A stretch of 64,000 bases of DNA from Pseudomonadota bacterium (GCA_027624315.1 JAQBXX010000005.1:51-64050), one strand, 5' to 3'. Counted from the stretch's first letter, positions 1 to 10,882 are shown. Numbers and translations are program-made. Notes: generated by a model not told the origin, from the letters alone.

Positions 1-77
1 TTATCGGGGTAAGATCAGGGTGAGGTATACATTGATAATCAGATGAAGGAACCTGTTAAATCGTTTAAAATCCAATA

Positions 78-863
78 TTGGTACAGCTAAGCCAAACCTA
101 TACGAGGAATCCAGCAGTGCCATATTCTGAACAACACGTTACCTCCGTCCGCAAATGGTCGGATAAAACCTTCAGCCTGACCACGACCCGGCCGAGCAAC
201 TTCCAGTTTGAAAATGGGGAGTTCGTTACGATCGGCCTGCGGCCCGAGGGCAAACTCATTGCGCGCGCCTATTCGATCGTGTCGACCAACGACGCCGATT
301 ATCTGGAATTCTTGAGCATTCACGTGCCGGAGGGGCCGCTGACCAGCCGCCTGGCGCAGGTGCGCGAGGGCGATACGGTCTGGGTCAACAGCAAGGCCAC
401 CGGTTCTCTCACGCTGAAGTACATACGGCCCGGGCGCAACCTCTATCTGTTGTCGAGCGGCACCGGGCTGGCCCCGTTCATGTGCCTGATCCGCGACCCG
501 GAGGTTTACAAAACCTTTGAGCGGGTTATTCTGGTGCACACCGTGCGCACCGTGCCCGAGTTGGCCTACAAAGCCGAGATTGAAGCGCTGACCAACGAAC
601 GCCTGTTCTATGTCCCGACCGTGACACGCGAGCCGTTTAAGACACCGCAGCGCGGCGCCGATCTGTTCCGCACCGGAGAACTGTTTACCCAACTCGGCCT
701 GCCGCAGGCCGACCCGGAACATGACCGGGTGATGATTTGCGGTAATCCCGACATGAACAAGGAAATGAGCACCTACCTTGAGCATCACGGCTGGGTGTTC
801 ACCACGCACCGCGGCGTTGGCAATTTCACCACGGAAAAGGCCTTTGTGTTGCACAATAGTTAA
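78..863 (+). CDS. fpr: Ferredoxin/flavodoxin-NADP+ reductase
   Basis: FAD-binding RAYSIVS, GPLTSRL, SGTGLAPF and MICGNP motifs; TTG start. Confidence 0.9.
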   Translation: MVQLSQTYTRNPAVPYSEQHVTSVRKWSDKTFSLTTTRPSNFQFENGEFVTIGLRPEGKLIARAYSIVSTNDADYLEFLSIHVPEGPLTSRLAQVREGDTVWVNSKATGSLTLKYIRPGRNLYLLSSGTGLAPFMCLIRDPEVYKTFERVILVHTVRTVPELAYKAEIEALTNERLFYVPTVTREPFKTPQRGADLFRTGELFTQLGLPQADPEHDRVMICGNPDMNKEMSTYLEHHGWVFTTHRGVGNFTTEKAFVLHNS

Positions 864-884
864 TCCCCGGATCGCGCCGCCGGA

Positions 885-1041
885 ACACCGCGGCGTACCC
901 CGGAAATTCTTCCATCTTTATTTGGAGGTGCTTTGCTGGCGGTTTAATCATCGCGATGAGAACCTGGAACCCTTGCTAGATAAGCTTTTACGGACAACAC
1001 CCATGAATGAAATTAACCCCATTTTGGTCCGAGTTCGTTAG
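885..1041 (+). pseudogene. C-terminal remnant of an IS1595-family transposase
   Basis: The frame reads HRGVPRKFFHLYLEVLCWRFNHR, resembling the IS1595/IS1016 C-terminal HxGvxxxxxxxYLxExxxRFN motif. No N-terminal or DDE part is present. Confidence 0.6.
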
Positions 1042-1129
1042 GTATTACCAAATTTTTAAGGGTGGGGTTACGTCCCAGGAAAAGAGAAACCCCGCTACTC
1101 ATCCAGTCATGTAGATACCGTCTCATGCA

Positions 1130-1738
1130 TTACGCACTAAGCAACAACGCCTCCAGTTCCGCGAAATTTTGTACCCTCCCTGTGGGCTGGATATCCATAC
1201 CCAATTGCTTGCCGATTTGCGTGGTTGAGAATATCCCACGCACAATTTCAGCGCCGGACAAGGCGGCATCCTCGTGTGGTTCAACCGCCAGTGCGTGCTG
1301 TCGGTTGGCGTTCTTGAGCGTCAGCACGATATCGCCTACGCTGGCGCGCAAGACATCCGCCATTTGCAGCACTTGTATCTGGTCTGCCGGCGTCATGATG
1401 TGCTCCACGAGTATAGCGTCGTGTGAAACGCGCGCCTTGGCGGCGTAGTTGACGGGCTTTTCTTCCATAATGTCGCGGGCGGTGATTAAGCCCAGGATGA
1501 GGTCATTGGCGTCGGTTACGAGCAGCAGACGCACCTCGGCGTGAATCATCTTCTGCAGTGCGGTATCGATAGGAGTTCCGGGAGCCACGGTTACGGCTCT
1601 GACCCGCCTCAGATCGGTCATGGCGTCCAGCGCGGAATTGTCCAACCGGATCATTTCAGGCAGCCCTTGATGGTAGCTGTAGAAGGACGTCCCGGGCTGC
1701 AGAATGTAGGATGACAGGGCATGATAGGGGTTGGGCAT
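1130..1738 (-). CDS. CBS domain-containing protein
   Basis: Tandem CBS-like repeats (AMTDL...VRLLLV...LGLITARDI; HIMTP...RGIFSTTQI); GGAGG RBS upstream. Confidence 0.85.
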   Translation of the reverse strand: MPNPYHALSSYILQPGTSFYSYHQGLPEMIRLDNSALDAMTDLRRVRAVTVAPGTPIDTALQKMIHAEVRLLLVTDANDLILGLITARDIMEEKPVNYAAKARVSHDAILVEHIMTPADQIQVLQMADVLRASVGDIVLTLKNANRQHALAVEPHEDAALSGAEIVRGIFSTTQIGKQLGMDIQPTGRVQNFAELEALLLSA

Positions 1739-1775
1739 GACAGCGTTCCTCCCTGGTGTGTGTCGCTCTACTTTA

Positions 1776-1904
1776 ACCTCATTTTCGCGCAGTTACGAGT
1801 AGCTTGGAAGCGTAGGCCTGATGCAACCGGCTGCATTTCTTGCCAAACATCTCCGCTCCAAAGAGCGGTCATATAAAATTGTGATAACTGCGCGATAAAG
1901 AGGT
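1776..1904. mobile_element. MITE-like element with 20-bp terminal inverted repeats
   Basis: ACCTCATTTTCGCGCAGTTA (1776-1795) and TAACTGCGCGATAAAGAGGT (1885-1904) are reverse complements at 18/20; non-coding interior. Confidence 0.55.
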
Positions 1905-1961
1905 GATATCCCGGTCTTATACTGTGCGCACTGGTGGAAACAAACGAGCGGAGATAGCGCC

Positions 1962-2450
1962 ATGAACAGACGTCAATTCATAGCAACATGCCTGGGGCTT
2001 GCGACCTTGCCCCTGATTACATCCAGAGTCTTTAGTGGGGATAGCGCCATGCCAACGACCATAGACAAGATTGTCAAATCGGATGTGGAGTGGAAAGCAC
2101 TGCTGACGCCCGCGCAATACAATGTTTTGCGCGACGAGGGGACGGAACCGCCTTTTTCCAGTCCTCTGAATAATGAAAAACGCAAAGGTCAGTATGTCTG
2201 CGCCGGTTGCGATCTGCCGCTGTTCACATCCGATATGAAGTTCGACAGCGGTACGGGCTGGCCGAGCTTTTATACGGCGTTGCCCGGCGCGGTTGAAACG
2301 AAGACCGACTTCAAGATCATCTACCCACGCAAGGAGTACCATTGCGCGCGTTGCGGCGGCCACCAGGGCCATGTTTTCAATGATGGCCCCAAGCCGACCG
2401 GCCAGCGCTGGTGCAACAATGGGGTGGCGTTGAAGTTTATCCCCGCGTAG
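1962..2450 (+). CDS. msrB: Peptide-methionine (R)-S-oxide reductase MsrB with Tat signal
   Basis: GTEPPF, two CxxC, KFDSGTGWPSF, HQGHVFNDGP, RWCNNG; N-terminal MNRRQFI twin-arginine leader. Confidence 0.95.
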   Translation: MNRRQFIATCLGLATLPLITSRVFSGDSAMPTTIDKIVKSDVEWKALLTPAQYNVLRDEGTEPPFSSPLNNEKRKGQYVCAGCDLPLFTSDMKFDSGTGWPSFYTALPGAVETKTDFKIIYPRKEYHCARCGGHQGHVFNDGPKPTGQRWCNNGVALKFIPA

Positions 2451-2492
2451 TCACCGCTCGGCAGACTCACACAGTACAGAGGACACCTACAC

Positions 2493-3134
2493 ATGTCGCG
2501 TAAATTACTTATCGCACTGATCGCTGGCATTGCCTTGCCCGGCATGGTCATGGCACAGCAGGATGTGGCCGGCACGGCCACGCCACCCAAGAACCATGAG
2601 ACCGCCCTGTTTGCCGGTGGCTGTTTCTGGTGTACGGAATCGGATTTCGACAAGATACCCGGCGTGATAGAAACGGTTTTCGGATATGCCGGTGGGCAAA
2701 AGCTCAATCCTACTTACGAAGAGGTGTCCAACGGTGGCACCGGCCACGCAGAAGTGGTGCAGGTGACCTATGACCCTGCAAAAGTCAGCTACAAGGAGCT
2801 GGTAGACAAGTTTTGGCGCACCATCGACCCCACGACTCCGGATCGCCAATTTTGCGATAGCGGCAGCCAGTACCGCAGCGCTATCTTCTATAGCACCCCG
2901 CAACAAAAGGCCATCGCGGAACAATCAAAGACGGCGCTCGAAAAAAACAAGCCGTTTAAGGGGAAGATAGTCACCGAAATCACGCAGGCCACGACGTTCT
3001 ATGCCGCGGAAGAGTATCACCAGAATTTTTACAGAAAGAACCCCGTACGCTACAACTATTACCGCTTCAGCTGCGGCCGCGACCAGCGCCTGGAGCTGTT
3101 ATGGGGAAAGGAACAGGGTCGGGCGTCGCACTGA
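2493..3134 (+). CDS. msrA: Peptide-methionine (S)-S-oxide reductase MsrA with Sec signal
   Basis: AGGCFWC, PTYEEV, TGHAEVVQV, QYRSAIF, AEEYHQ; hydrophobic N-terminal leader. Confidence 0.95.
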   Translation: MSRKLLIALIAGIALPGMVMAQQDVAGTATPPKNHETALFAGGCFWCTESDFDKIPGVIETVFGYAGGQKLNPTYEEVSNGGTGHAEVVQVTYDPAKVSYKELVDKFWRTIDPTTPDRQFCDSGSQYRSAIFYSTPQQKAIAEQSKTALEKNKPFKGKIVTEITQATTFYAAEEYHQNFYRKNPVRYNYYRFSCGRDQRLELLWGKEQGRASH

Positions 3135-3153
3135 CCCATCACGACCCGAATAG

Positions 3154-3230
3154 TGGCGCGCCCTAGAGGATTCGAACCTCTGACCTTTGGGATCGGAACC
3201 CAACGCTCTATCCAACTGAGCTAAGGGCGC
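3154..3230 (-). tRNA. tRNA-Arg(CCG)
   Basis: Minus strand GCGCCCTTAGCTCAGTTGGATAGAGCG TTGGG-TTCCGAT-CCCAA AGGTCAGAGGTTCGAATCCTCTAGGGCGCGCCA; 77-nt cloverleaf with encoded CCA. Confidence 0.95.
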
Positions 3231-3264
3231 AAGTAAAGCAAGTCGCGAGTAGCGCCTCGGCTCG

Positions 3265-3343
3265 CCCCCTTCTCCCCCTGGGAGAAGGGATGGGGATGAG
3301 GGCGTCTACCCTCCTTCTGCCCTTGGGAAGGGATGAGGGAGGG
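3265..3343. repeat. Two tandem CCCTTCTCCC/GGGAGAAGGG-type hairpin repeats
   Basis: CCCTTCTCCCCCTGGGAGAAGGGATGGGGATGAGGG followed by a degenerate second copy; related copies at 39603 and 53704. Confidence 0.6.
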
Positions 3344-3415
3344 CGACTAGCATAGCCACTCTGCCGCCCCCCGTCTATTCGGCCAGCTTGATCTGCGCCC
3401 GGCTGAGAATTTCTG

Positions 3416-3442
3416 CTTGAACTGTGCGATTGTTGCCACTAT
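3416..3442 (+). promoter_or_regulatory. Putative sigma32 heat-shock promoter of groESL
   Basis: CTTGAA-N13-GCCACTAT resembles the consensus CTTGAA-N13-14-CCCCATnT. Confidence 0.55.
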
Positions 3443-3444
3443 GA

Positions 3445-3471
3445 TTAGCACTCACCAAGGGCGAGTGCTAA
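3445..3471 (+). promoter_or_regulatory. CIRCE element (HrcA operator)
   Basis: Perfect TTAGCACTC-N9-GAGTGCTAA upstream of groES. Confidence 0.95.
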
Positions 3472-3557
3472 CAACACCTTCGCCAGATTCCCCGGGTTGT
3501 TGCCGACCACAGGCCTCAGCCTAATATAATTTGTTCAAGATCAAGGAGATAGATGAG

Positions 3558-3842
3558 ATGAAGATTCGTCCGTTGCATGATCGTGTCGTTGTGATCCGCA
3601 TGGAAGAGGAGCGTACCACCGCTGGTGGCATCGTGATCCCCGACAATGCCGCTGAAAAGCCGAGCAAAGGCGAGATCGTGGCCGTCGGTAAGGGCAAGAT
3701 GCTCGACAGTGGCACTATCAGCCCGCTCGAGGTCAAGGTGGGTGACAAGGTGCTGTTTGGCAAGTACTCGGGCACTGAGGTGAAGCTTGAAGGCAAAGAC
3801 CTCATCGTGATGCGCGAGGAAGACATCATGGCTGTGATCTAA
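3558..3842 (+). CDS. groES: Co-chaperonin GroES
   Basis: [12 protein letters not shown]...GGIVIPD...[10 protein letters not shown]; AAGGAG RBS before ATG 3558. Confidence 0.97.
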   Translation: MKIRPLHDRVVVIRMEEERTTAGGIVIPDNAAEKPSKGEIVAVGKGKMLDSGTISPLEVKVGDKVLFGKYSGTEVKLEGKDLIVMREEDIMAVI

Positions 3843-3868
3843 GTCAAGATCACCCCAAAACATACTGA

Positions 3869-5518
<1,650 letters not shown>

Positions 5519-5552
5519 GCAGTAAACCAGCTACTGCTGTTTGCATGAGCTC

Positions 5553-5584
5553 AAAGCCCCCTCCATACGAGGGGGCTTTTTTTT
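5553..5584 (+). terminator. Rho-independent terminator after groEL
   Basis: AAAGCCCCCTC-catac-GAGGGGGCTTT followed by a T run. Confidence 0.85.
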
Positions 5585-5609
5585 GTGCGGAATTCGGTAA
5601 TATGAGTGG

Positions 5610-8549
5610 ATGCGCGCGCCCTCCGATCATCGCCACCCTGTTCCGGAAGCACTGCGTGAAGTTGCGCTGCAACGCTGGTCTCAATTTCTGGAGGCGGCAC
5701 AGGTTGCGGGCGTAACGCCGCCGTCGCATCCCGAGCTGCTCGCGGTGCTGCATCGCGTGTGGGCGTGCAGCGATTTCGTGGCGCACGCCTGCATCCGGAA
5801 CCCGGTGCTGTTGTGCGACCTATTGAGCAGCAGCGATCTGCTGCGCGAGTATTGCGCGCAGCAGTATGCAATCACGCTGGAGGCTGCGCTCGCGGAGGTG
5901 CATGACGAAGCAGCGCTGGGTGACGTGCTGCGCCGTCTGCGGCGACGCGAGATGGTACGCATCGCCTGGCGCGAGCTTGCGGGCTGGGCGCAACTCGACG
6001 AAACCCTGCGCGATCTCTCCAGCCTCGCCGAGGCCTGTGTGGATGGCGCGCTGCGACGGCTGCACGCATGGCAGGCGCAGGACTACGGTACGCCGCGCGA
6101 TAGCGAGGGTGTGGCACAAGCGCTGGTGGTGATCGCCATGGGCAAACTCGGCGGCGCGGAGTTGAATTTTTCCTCCGATATCGACCTCATCTTTGCCTAT
6201 CCCGCCGACGGCGAGACGCGCGGCAAGCGTCGCCGCATCAGCAATGAAGAATATTTCCTGCGCCTCGGCCAGCGCCTGATCGGTGCGCTCAGCGCCGCCA
6301 CCGCAGAGGGGTTTGTGTTCCGCGTGGATGTCAGGCTGCGTCCGTTCGGCGACAGCGGGCCGCTGAGTGCCAGTTTTTCCGCGCTGGAAGATTATTACCA
6401 GACGCACGGACGCGAGTGGGAGCGCTATGCCTGGATCAAGGCGCGCGTGGTGGGTGGCGACCGCGCGGCGGGTGCGCGGCTGCTCGATACGTTGCGCCCG
6501 TTCGTCTACCGCCGCTATCTCGATTTCGGCGCGTTCGAGTCGCTGCGCGACATGAAGCGCATGATTCAGGAAGAGACTGCGCGCAAAGGCATTGAAGACA
6601 ATATCAAGCTGGGGCCGGGCGGCATACGCGAGATCGAATTCATCGCCCAGGCATTTCAGTTGATACGCGGCGGGCGCAACCCGGACCTGCAAATCCGCGC
6701 CACGCTCGCCGTGCTCGAGCAGCTTTCACGTCATGGCTACTTGCCGGAGCAGGTGACGCGCGAGTTGACGGCTTCGTATGTATTTCTGCGCCGCACGGAG
6801 AACCGCCTGCAAGAGGTCGCCGATGAACAGACCCATCGGTTGCCGGTGAGCGACTTCGAGCGTGCGCGGCTCGCCTTTGCCATGGGTTACCGTGACTGGG
6901 CGGCGTTCGATCAGGCGCTGCACGCACACCGGGCGCAGGTGCAGAGCCATTTTGAGCAGGTGTTTGCGGTGTCTCAGGCGATGGCAGAGGGCGCGTCCGG
7001 CATCGCCACTGATCTGTCGCGCCTATGGCAGGCGGTGCTGACACAGGATGAGGCGCTACGGATGTTAACTACACACGGCTTTACCGACGCCGCCGAGGCG
7101 TGGCGGCGCATTGTGGTGCTGCGTGATTCTTTTGCGTATCGCGCACTCAGTGTGCAGGGCCGTGGGCGTATGGATCGTTTGATGCCGCTGGTGCTCGGCG
7201 CGGTGACGACTCAGAGCCCGGATCATGCCGCAGCGGAAGTGCACGTCACGCTGGCGCGTGTACTGAACCTGCTCGAAACGATCGCACGCCGCACGCCGTA
7301 TCTGGCGCTGCTCGCAGAACATCCGCTGGCGCTTACGCAACTGGTGCAGTTATGCGCCGCCAGTCCGTGGATCGCCGCTCTGCTGACGCGCCAGCCATTG
7401 CTGCTGGATGAATTGCTCGACCCGCGCACGCTGCATGCGCCGCTTACGCGCACGTCACTCGAGCATGAACTGCAGCGCAGTCTGCAGGCCGCTCACGCGC
7501 ATGATCTGGAGCAGCAGATGGATGCGCTGCGTCATTTCCGTCAGGCGCAGATGTTGCGCGTCGCCGCGACCCAGATTGCCCGTCCGGAGGATACGCTTGC
7601 GGTGTGCGCCCAGTTATCCGACATCGCCGAGGTGGTGTTGCAGGCGGTGCTGGAACTCGCGTGGCGTCAGATGGTGGCAAAACACGGCCGTCCGCGTTAC
7701 CGGGAAAGCGGACAACTCAAAGATGCCGGCTTTGCCGTCGTGGGTTACGGCAAACTGGGCGGGCGTGAATTGAGCTATAGCTCTGACCTCGACCTCGTAT
7801 TCGTGCATGATAGCGGCGACGATGATGCCCGCACGGCAGGCCCGCATCAACTCGATAACGCGGTGTTTTTCACGCGCCTGGGACAGCGCATGATTCATCT
7901 GCTTAACACGCGCACCCCGGCGGGGGTGTTGTATGAGGTGGATATGCGTCTGCGGCCCAGTGGCGGTTCGGGCCTGCTGGTGGCGAGCCTGGCCGCATTC
8001 GCCGATTATCAGCGTAACGCGGCCTGGATCTGGGAGCATCAGGCGCTGGTGCGCGCGCGCGTGGTGGCGCAGCATTCCGCCCATGAGTCGGCCATCGCCG
8101 CGAATTTTTCCGCGCTGCGGAGTGAAATCATGGGCTACGCGCGCGAACGTGCCACGCTGCGCACCGAGGTGTCTGCCATGCGTGCGCGCATGCATGCAGC
8201 CCACGCTGGCGGCACGGCGGGGTGCTTCGACCTCAAACACGATGCCGGCGGTATCGCAGATATCGAATTTATGGTTCAATATGCGGCTTTATTGCATACG
8301 CATGAGACGCCGGAATTGGCGCGCAGTACACAGACTGCGGACATGCTGTCTCATTTGTCAGCCGCCGGGAAAATTACGGCGCAGCAGGCGCAGGTGCTTG
8401 AGCAGGCCTACCGCGCCTACCTCGGCGCCGTGCATCGGCTCGCGCTGCAAGAGGCATCTGCCAGTGTCCCGGAAACGGAGTTTTCGGAGCATCGTGCAGC
8501 AGTGGTACGCGTCTGGCGGGAATTATTTGAAGAAAACAACAAAGGGTAG
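5610..8549 (+). CDS. glnE: Glutamine synthetase adenylyltransferase/adenylyl-removing enzyme
   Basis: Two nucleotidyltransferase halves (MGKLGGAELNFSSDIDL; YGKLGGRELSYSSDLDL), VDxRLRP, KLGPGGIREIEF. Confidence 0.97.
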   Translation: MRAPSDHRHPVPEALREVALQRWSQFLEAAQVAGVTPPSHPELLAVLHRVWACSDFVAHACIRNPVLLCDLLSSSDLLREYCAQQYAITLEAALAEVHDEAALGDVLRRLRRREMVRIAWRELAGWAQLDETLRDLSSLAEACVDGALRRLHAWQAQDYGTPRDSEGVAQALVVIAMGKLGGAELNFSSDIDLIFAYPADGETRGKRRRISNEEYFLRLGQRLIGALSAATAEGFVFRVDVRLRPFGDSGPLSASFSALEDYYQTHGREWERYAWIKARVVGGDRAAGARLLDTLRPFVYRRYLDFGAFESLRDMKRMIQEETARKGIEDNIKLGPGGIREIEFIAQAFQLIRGGRNPDLQIRATLAVLEQLSRHGYLPEQVTRELTASYVFLRRTENRLQEVADEQTHRLPVSDFERARLAFAMGYRDWAAFDQALHAHRAQVQSHFEQVFAVSQAMAEGASGIATDLSRLWQAVLTQDEALRMLTTHGFTDAAEAWRRIVVLRDSFAYRALSVQGRGRMDRLMPLVLGAVTTQSPDHAAAEVHVTLARVLNLLETIARRTPYLALLAEHPLALTQLVQLCAASPWIAALLTRQPLLLDELLDPRTLHAPLTRTSLEHELQRSLQAAHAHDLEQQMDALRHFRQAQMLRVAATQIARPEDTLAVCAQLSDIAEVVLQAVLELAWRQMVAKHGRPRYRESGQLKDAGFAVVGYGKLGGRELSYSSDLDLVFVHDSGDDDARTAGPHQLDNAVFFTRLGQRMIHLLNTRTPAGVLYEVDMRLRPSGGSGLLVASLAAFADYQRNAAWIWEHQALVRARVVAQHSAHESAIAANFSALRSEIMGYARERATLRTEVSAMRARMHAAHAGGTAGCFDLKHDAGGIADIEFMVQYAALLHTHETPELARSTQTADMLSHLSAAGKITAQQAQVLEQAYRAYLGAVHRLALQEASASVPETEFSEHRAAVVRVWRELFEENNKG

Positions 8550-8615
8550 GTCGGATCAAGCGTAGCGGATCCGACTGCTGTGTCGGTTCCGCACTGCGTG
8601 CTTGAGCCGACCTAC
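8546..8615. repeat. Inverted REP doublet (family REP-B; REPIN/BIME-like)
   Basis: GTAGGTCGGATCAAGCGTAGCGGATCCGAC (8546-8575) and an inverted copy ending TTGAGCCGACCTAC (8582-8615); related copies at 41409, 50797 and 51662. Confidence 0.85.
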
Positions 8616-8630
8616 GATTAAGGAGAACGT

Positions 8631-9572
8631 ATGACAACGATGGACGACCGCGATGGCGTCATCTGGTTTGACGGCACGCTGGTGCCCTGGCGTGATGCCA
8701 AGGTGCATGTGCTCACGCACACCCTGCATTATGGGATGGGGGTGTTTGAAGGCGTGCGTGCCTATAAAACGGATAAAGGCACGGCCATCTTCCGCCTCGA
8801 TGCGCACATGGATCGCTTGTTCCGCTCGGCGCATATCCTGGGCATGGACATGCCGTATGATAAGCGCACGCTGAGTGAGGCATGCCGCGCCGCCGTGCAT
8901 GAAAACAGTCTGGAGTCATCAGACTCCAAGTCGGTCTACATCCGGCCCATGTGTTTCTACGGCTCAGAGGGCATGGGGCTGCGCGCCGACAATCTCAAGG
9001 TGCACGCCATCGTTGCGGCCTGGCTGTGGGGTTCGTATATGGGCGCGGAGGGCATCGAGAAGGGCATACGCGTCAAGACCTCATCGTTCACGCGCCATCA
9101 CGTCAACATCACCATGTGCAAGGCGAAGGCCAACGGCAATTACATGAACTCGATGATGGCGCTGCGCGAGGCGCTCTCCTGCGGCGTGGATGAGGCACTG
9201 CTGCTGGATGTGGACGGCTACGTGGCCGAAGGCAGCGGTGAGAATGTCTTCATCGTGCGCGACGGTGTGCTCTACACGCCCGAGCTGACCTCCGCACTGG
9301 ACGGTATCACGCGCGACACCATCTTCACGCTCGCCGCCGAGATCGGCGTCGAGGTGCGCGAAAAGCGCATCACGCGCGACGAGGTGTATATCGCGGACGA
9401 GGCCTTCTTCACCGGCACGGCGGCGGAAGTCACGCCGATCCGCGAGCTGGACGGGCGCCGCATCGGTAACGGTGATCGCGGGCCGATCACTACACGCCTT
9501 CAGGCGTTGTATTTCGACCAGGTACACGGGCGGCGCAAGGAGCATCCCGAGTGGCTTACGCCAGTCGCGTAA
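8631..9572 (+). CDS. ilvE: Branched-chain amino acid aminotransferase
   Basis: LHYGMGVFEG, KAKANGNY, EGSGEN, LDGITR, TGTAAEVTP. Confidence 0.97.
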   Translation: MTTMDDRDGVIWFDGTLVPWRDAKVHVLTHTLHYGMGVFEGVRAYKTDKGTAIFRLDAHMDRLFRSAHILGMDMPYDKRTLSEACRAAVHENSLESSDSKSVYIRPMCFYGSEGMGLRADNLKVHAIVAAWLWGSYMGAEGIEKGIRVKTSSFTRHHVNITMCKAKANGNYMNSMMALREALSCGVDEALLLDVDGYVAEGSGENVFIVRDGVLYTPELTSALDGITRDTIFTLAAEIGVEVREKRITRDEVYIADEAFFTGTAAEVTPIRELDGRRIGNGDRGPITTRLQALYFDQVHGRRKEHPEWLTPVA

Positions 9573-9587
9573 GCTGAGGAGACGAGC

Positions 9588-9806
9588 GTGTCCAAGTCAA
9601 CGCAACAAAATATGACTGCGCGATCCAGCGAGCCCAACGCGCAAAATATTTATCACGTGACGCGCGCCGATCTGCCGCTGCACTGCCCGATGGATCACAT
9701 GAGTCTGTGGAATTCTCACCCGCGCGTCTATCTGCCGATCGAGGCAACGGGCAAGGCGAAGTGTCCGTATTGCGGGGCGGATTACATATTAAAAGACGGC
9801 ACATAG
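9588..9806 (+). CDS. Small CHCC-type zinc-finger protein
   Basis: LPLHCP...WNSHPRVYL...CPYCG. Confidence 0.85.
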   Translation: MSKSTQQNMTARSSEPNAQNIYHVTRADLPLHCPMDHMSLWNSHPRVYLPIEATGKAKCPYCGADYILKDGT

Positions 9807-9850
9807 CCGGATGTGGCTTCTTTACATGGTGAGCCAGCGCAACGCGAACC

Positions 9851-10882
9851 ATGAATGCCCATGAGGTAAAAAAAATCCTTGTCGTCGGCCCGGCCTGGGT
9901 CGGTGACATGGTGATGGCGCAAAGCCTGTTCCAGAGGCTCAAGCAGCAATCCCCCAGTGTAGTCATTGATGTGCTAGCACCGGCCTGGTCCGAGCCGCTG
10001 CTCGCGCGCATGCCGGAGGTGCGCCGTGCACATACGCTGCCGTTCATGCACGGCGAGTTGAAACTCATTGAGCGCCATCGCATCGCGTGCCGCCTGCGCG
10101 CCGAGCGTTATGATCGCGCCATAGTGCTGCCCAACTCTTTCAAGTCTGCGCTGATCCCATTCTGGGCCAATATCCCGCGCCGCACCGGTTATCGCGGCGA
10201 GTTGCGCTGGGGTCTGCTGAACGATGTGCGTCAACTGGATAAAAAAATGCTGCCGCAAACCGTGCAGCGTTTCGTCGCACTCGGGTTGCCAAAGAACGCT
10301 GCGCAGCCGCCGCAGATTCAGTTTCCGCAACTTCATATTTCAAGCGGCAGCGCGCAGGCCGCGCTGTCAGCGTTGCGGCTGGAGCACCCGTCGCAACCGC
10401 TGCTGGCACTGTGTCCGGGCGCCGAATACGGTCCGGCCAAGCGCTGGCCGACAGAGTATTTTGCCGACGTCGCGCGTACAAAAATCGCGCAAGGCTGGAG
10501 CGTGTGGATTTTCGGGTCGGCGCACGACAAGACCATCGCCGCAGAAATTTGCGCACAGGCGGGAGAGGAGTGTGTTGATCTCAGCGGACGCACCTCGCTT
10601 GCTCAAGCCATTGATCTGCTGTCGCTCACCGATCTCGTGCTTACCAACGACTCCGGCATGATGCACGTTGCCGCCGCCCTGGGTCGTAAACTGGTAGCGG
10701 TATATGGTTCGTCCGATCCCGGTTTCACGCCACCGCTCAGCAGCACGGCGCGCGTCGTCTGGCTCAAGCTTGCGTGCAGCCCGTGTTTCGAACGCAAGTG
10801 TCCGCTCGTCCATCTCAATTGTCTGCGTGAGATTAAGCCGGAGCGTGTGCTGGCAGAGATGGCGGCGTTGATCCCCTCATGA
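9851..10882 (+). CDS. waaF: LPS heptosyltransferase II
   Basis: GPAWVGDMVM, LPNSFKSA, PGAEYGPAKRWP, NDSGMMH (GT9). Confidence 0.95.
   Translation: MNAHEVKKILVVGPAWVGDMVMAQSLFQRLKQQSPSVVIDVLAPAWSEPLLARMPEVRRAHTLPFMHGELKLIERHRIACRLRAERYDRAIVLPNSFKSALIPFWANIPRRTGYRGELRWGLLNDVRQLDKKMLPQTVQRFVALGLPKNAAQPPQIQFPQLHISSGSAQAALSALRLEHPSQPLLALCPGAEYGPAKRWPTEYFADVARTKIAQGWSVWIFGSAHDKTIAAEICAQAGEECVDLSGRTSLAQAIDLLSLTDLVLTNDSGMMHVAAALGRKLVAVYGSSDPGFTPPLSSTARVVWLKLACSPCFERKCPLVHLNCLREIKPERVLAEMAALIPS

Noticed and set aside
29-48. Fur-box-like TGATAATCA upstream of fpr
   Set aside because: Only a half-site match, too weak to support.
778-1041. 87-aa ORF overlapping the end of fpr as an intact gene
   Set aside because: The N-terminal part is an alternative frame of fpr; only the 3' part looks like a transposase fragment.
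3135-3230. tRNA-Arg as an island integration site
   Set aside because: I saw no integrase and no duplicate of the tRNA 3' end in the window.
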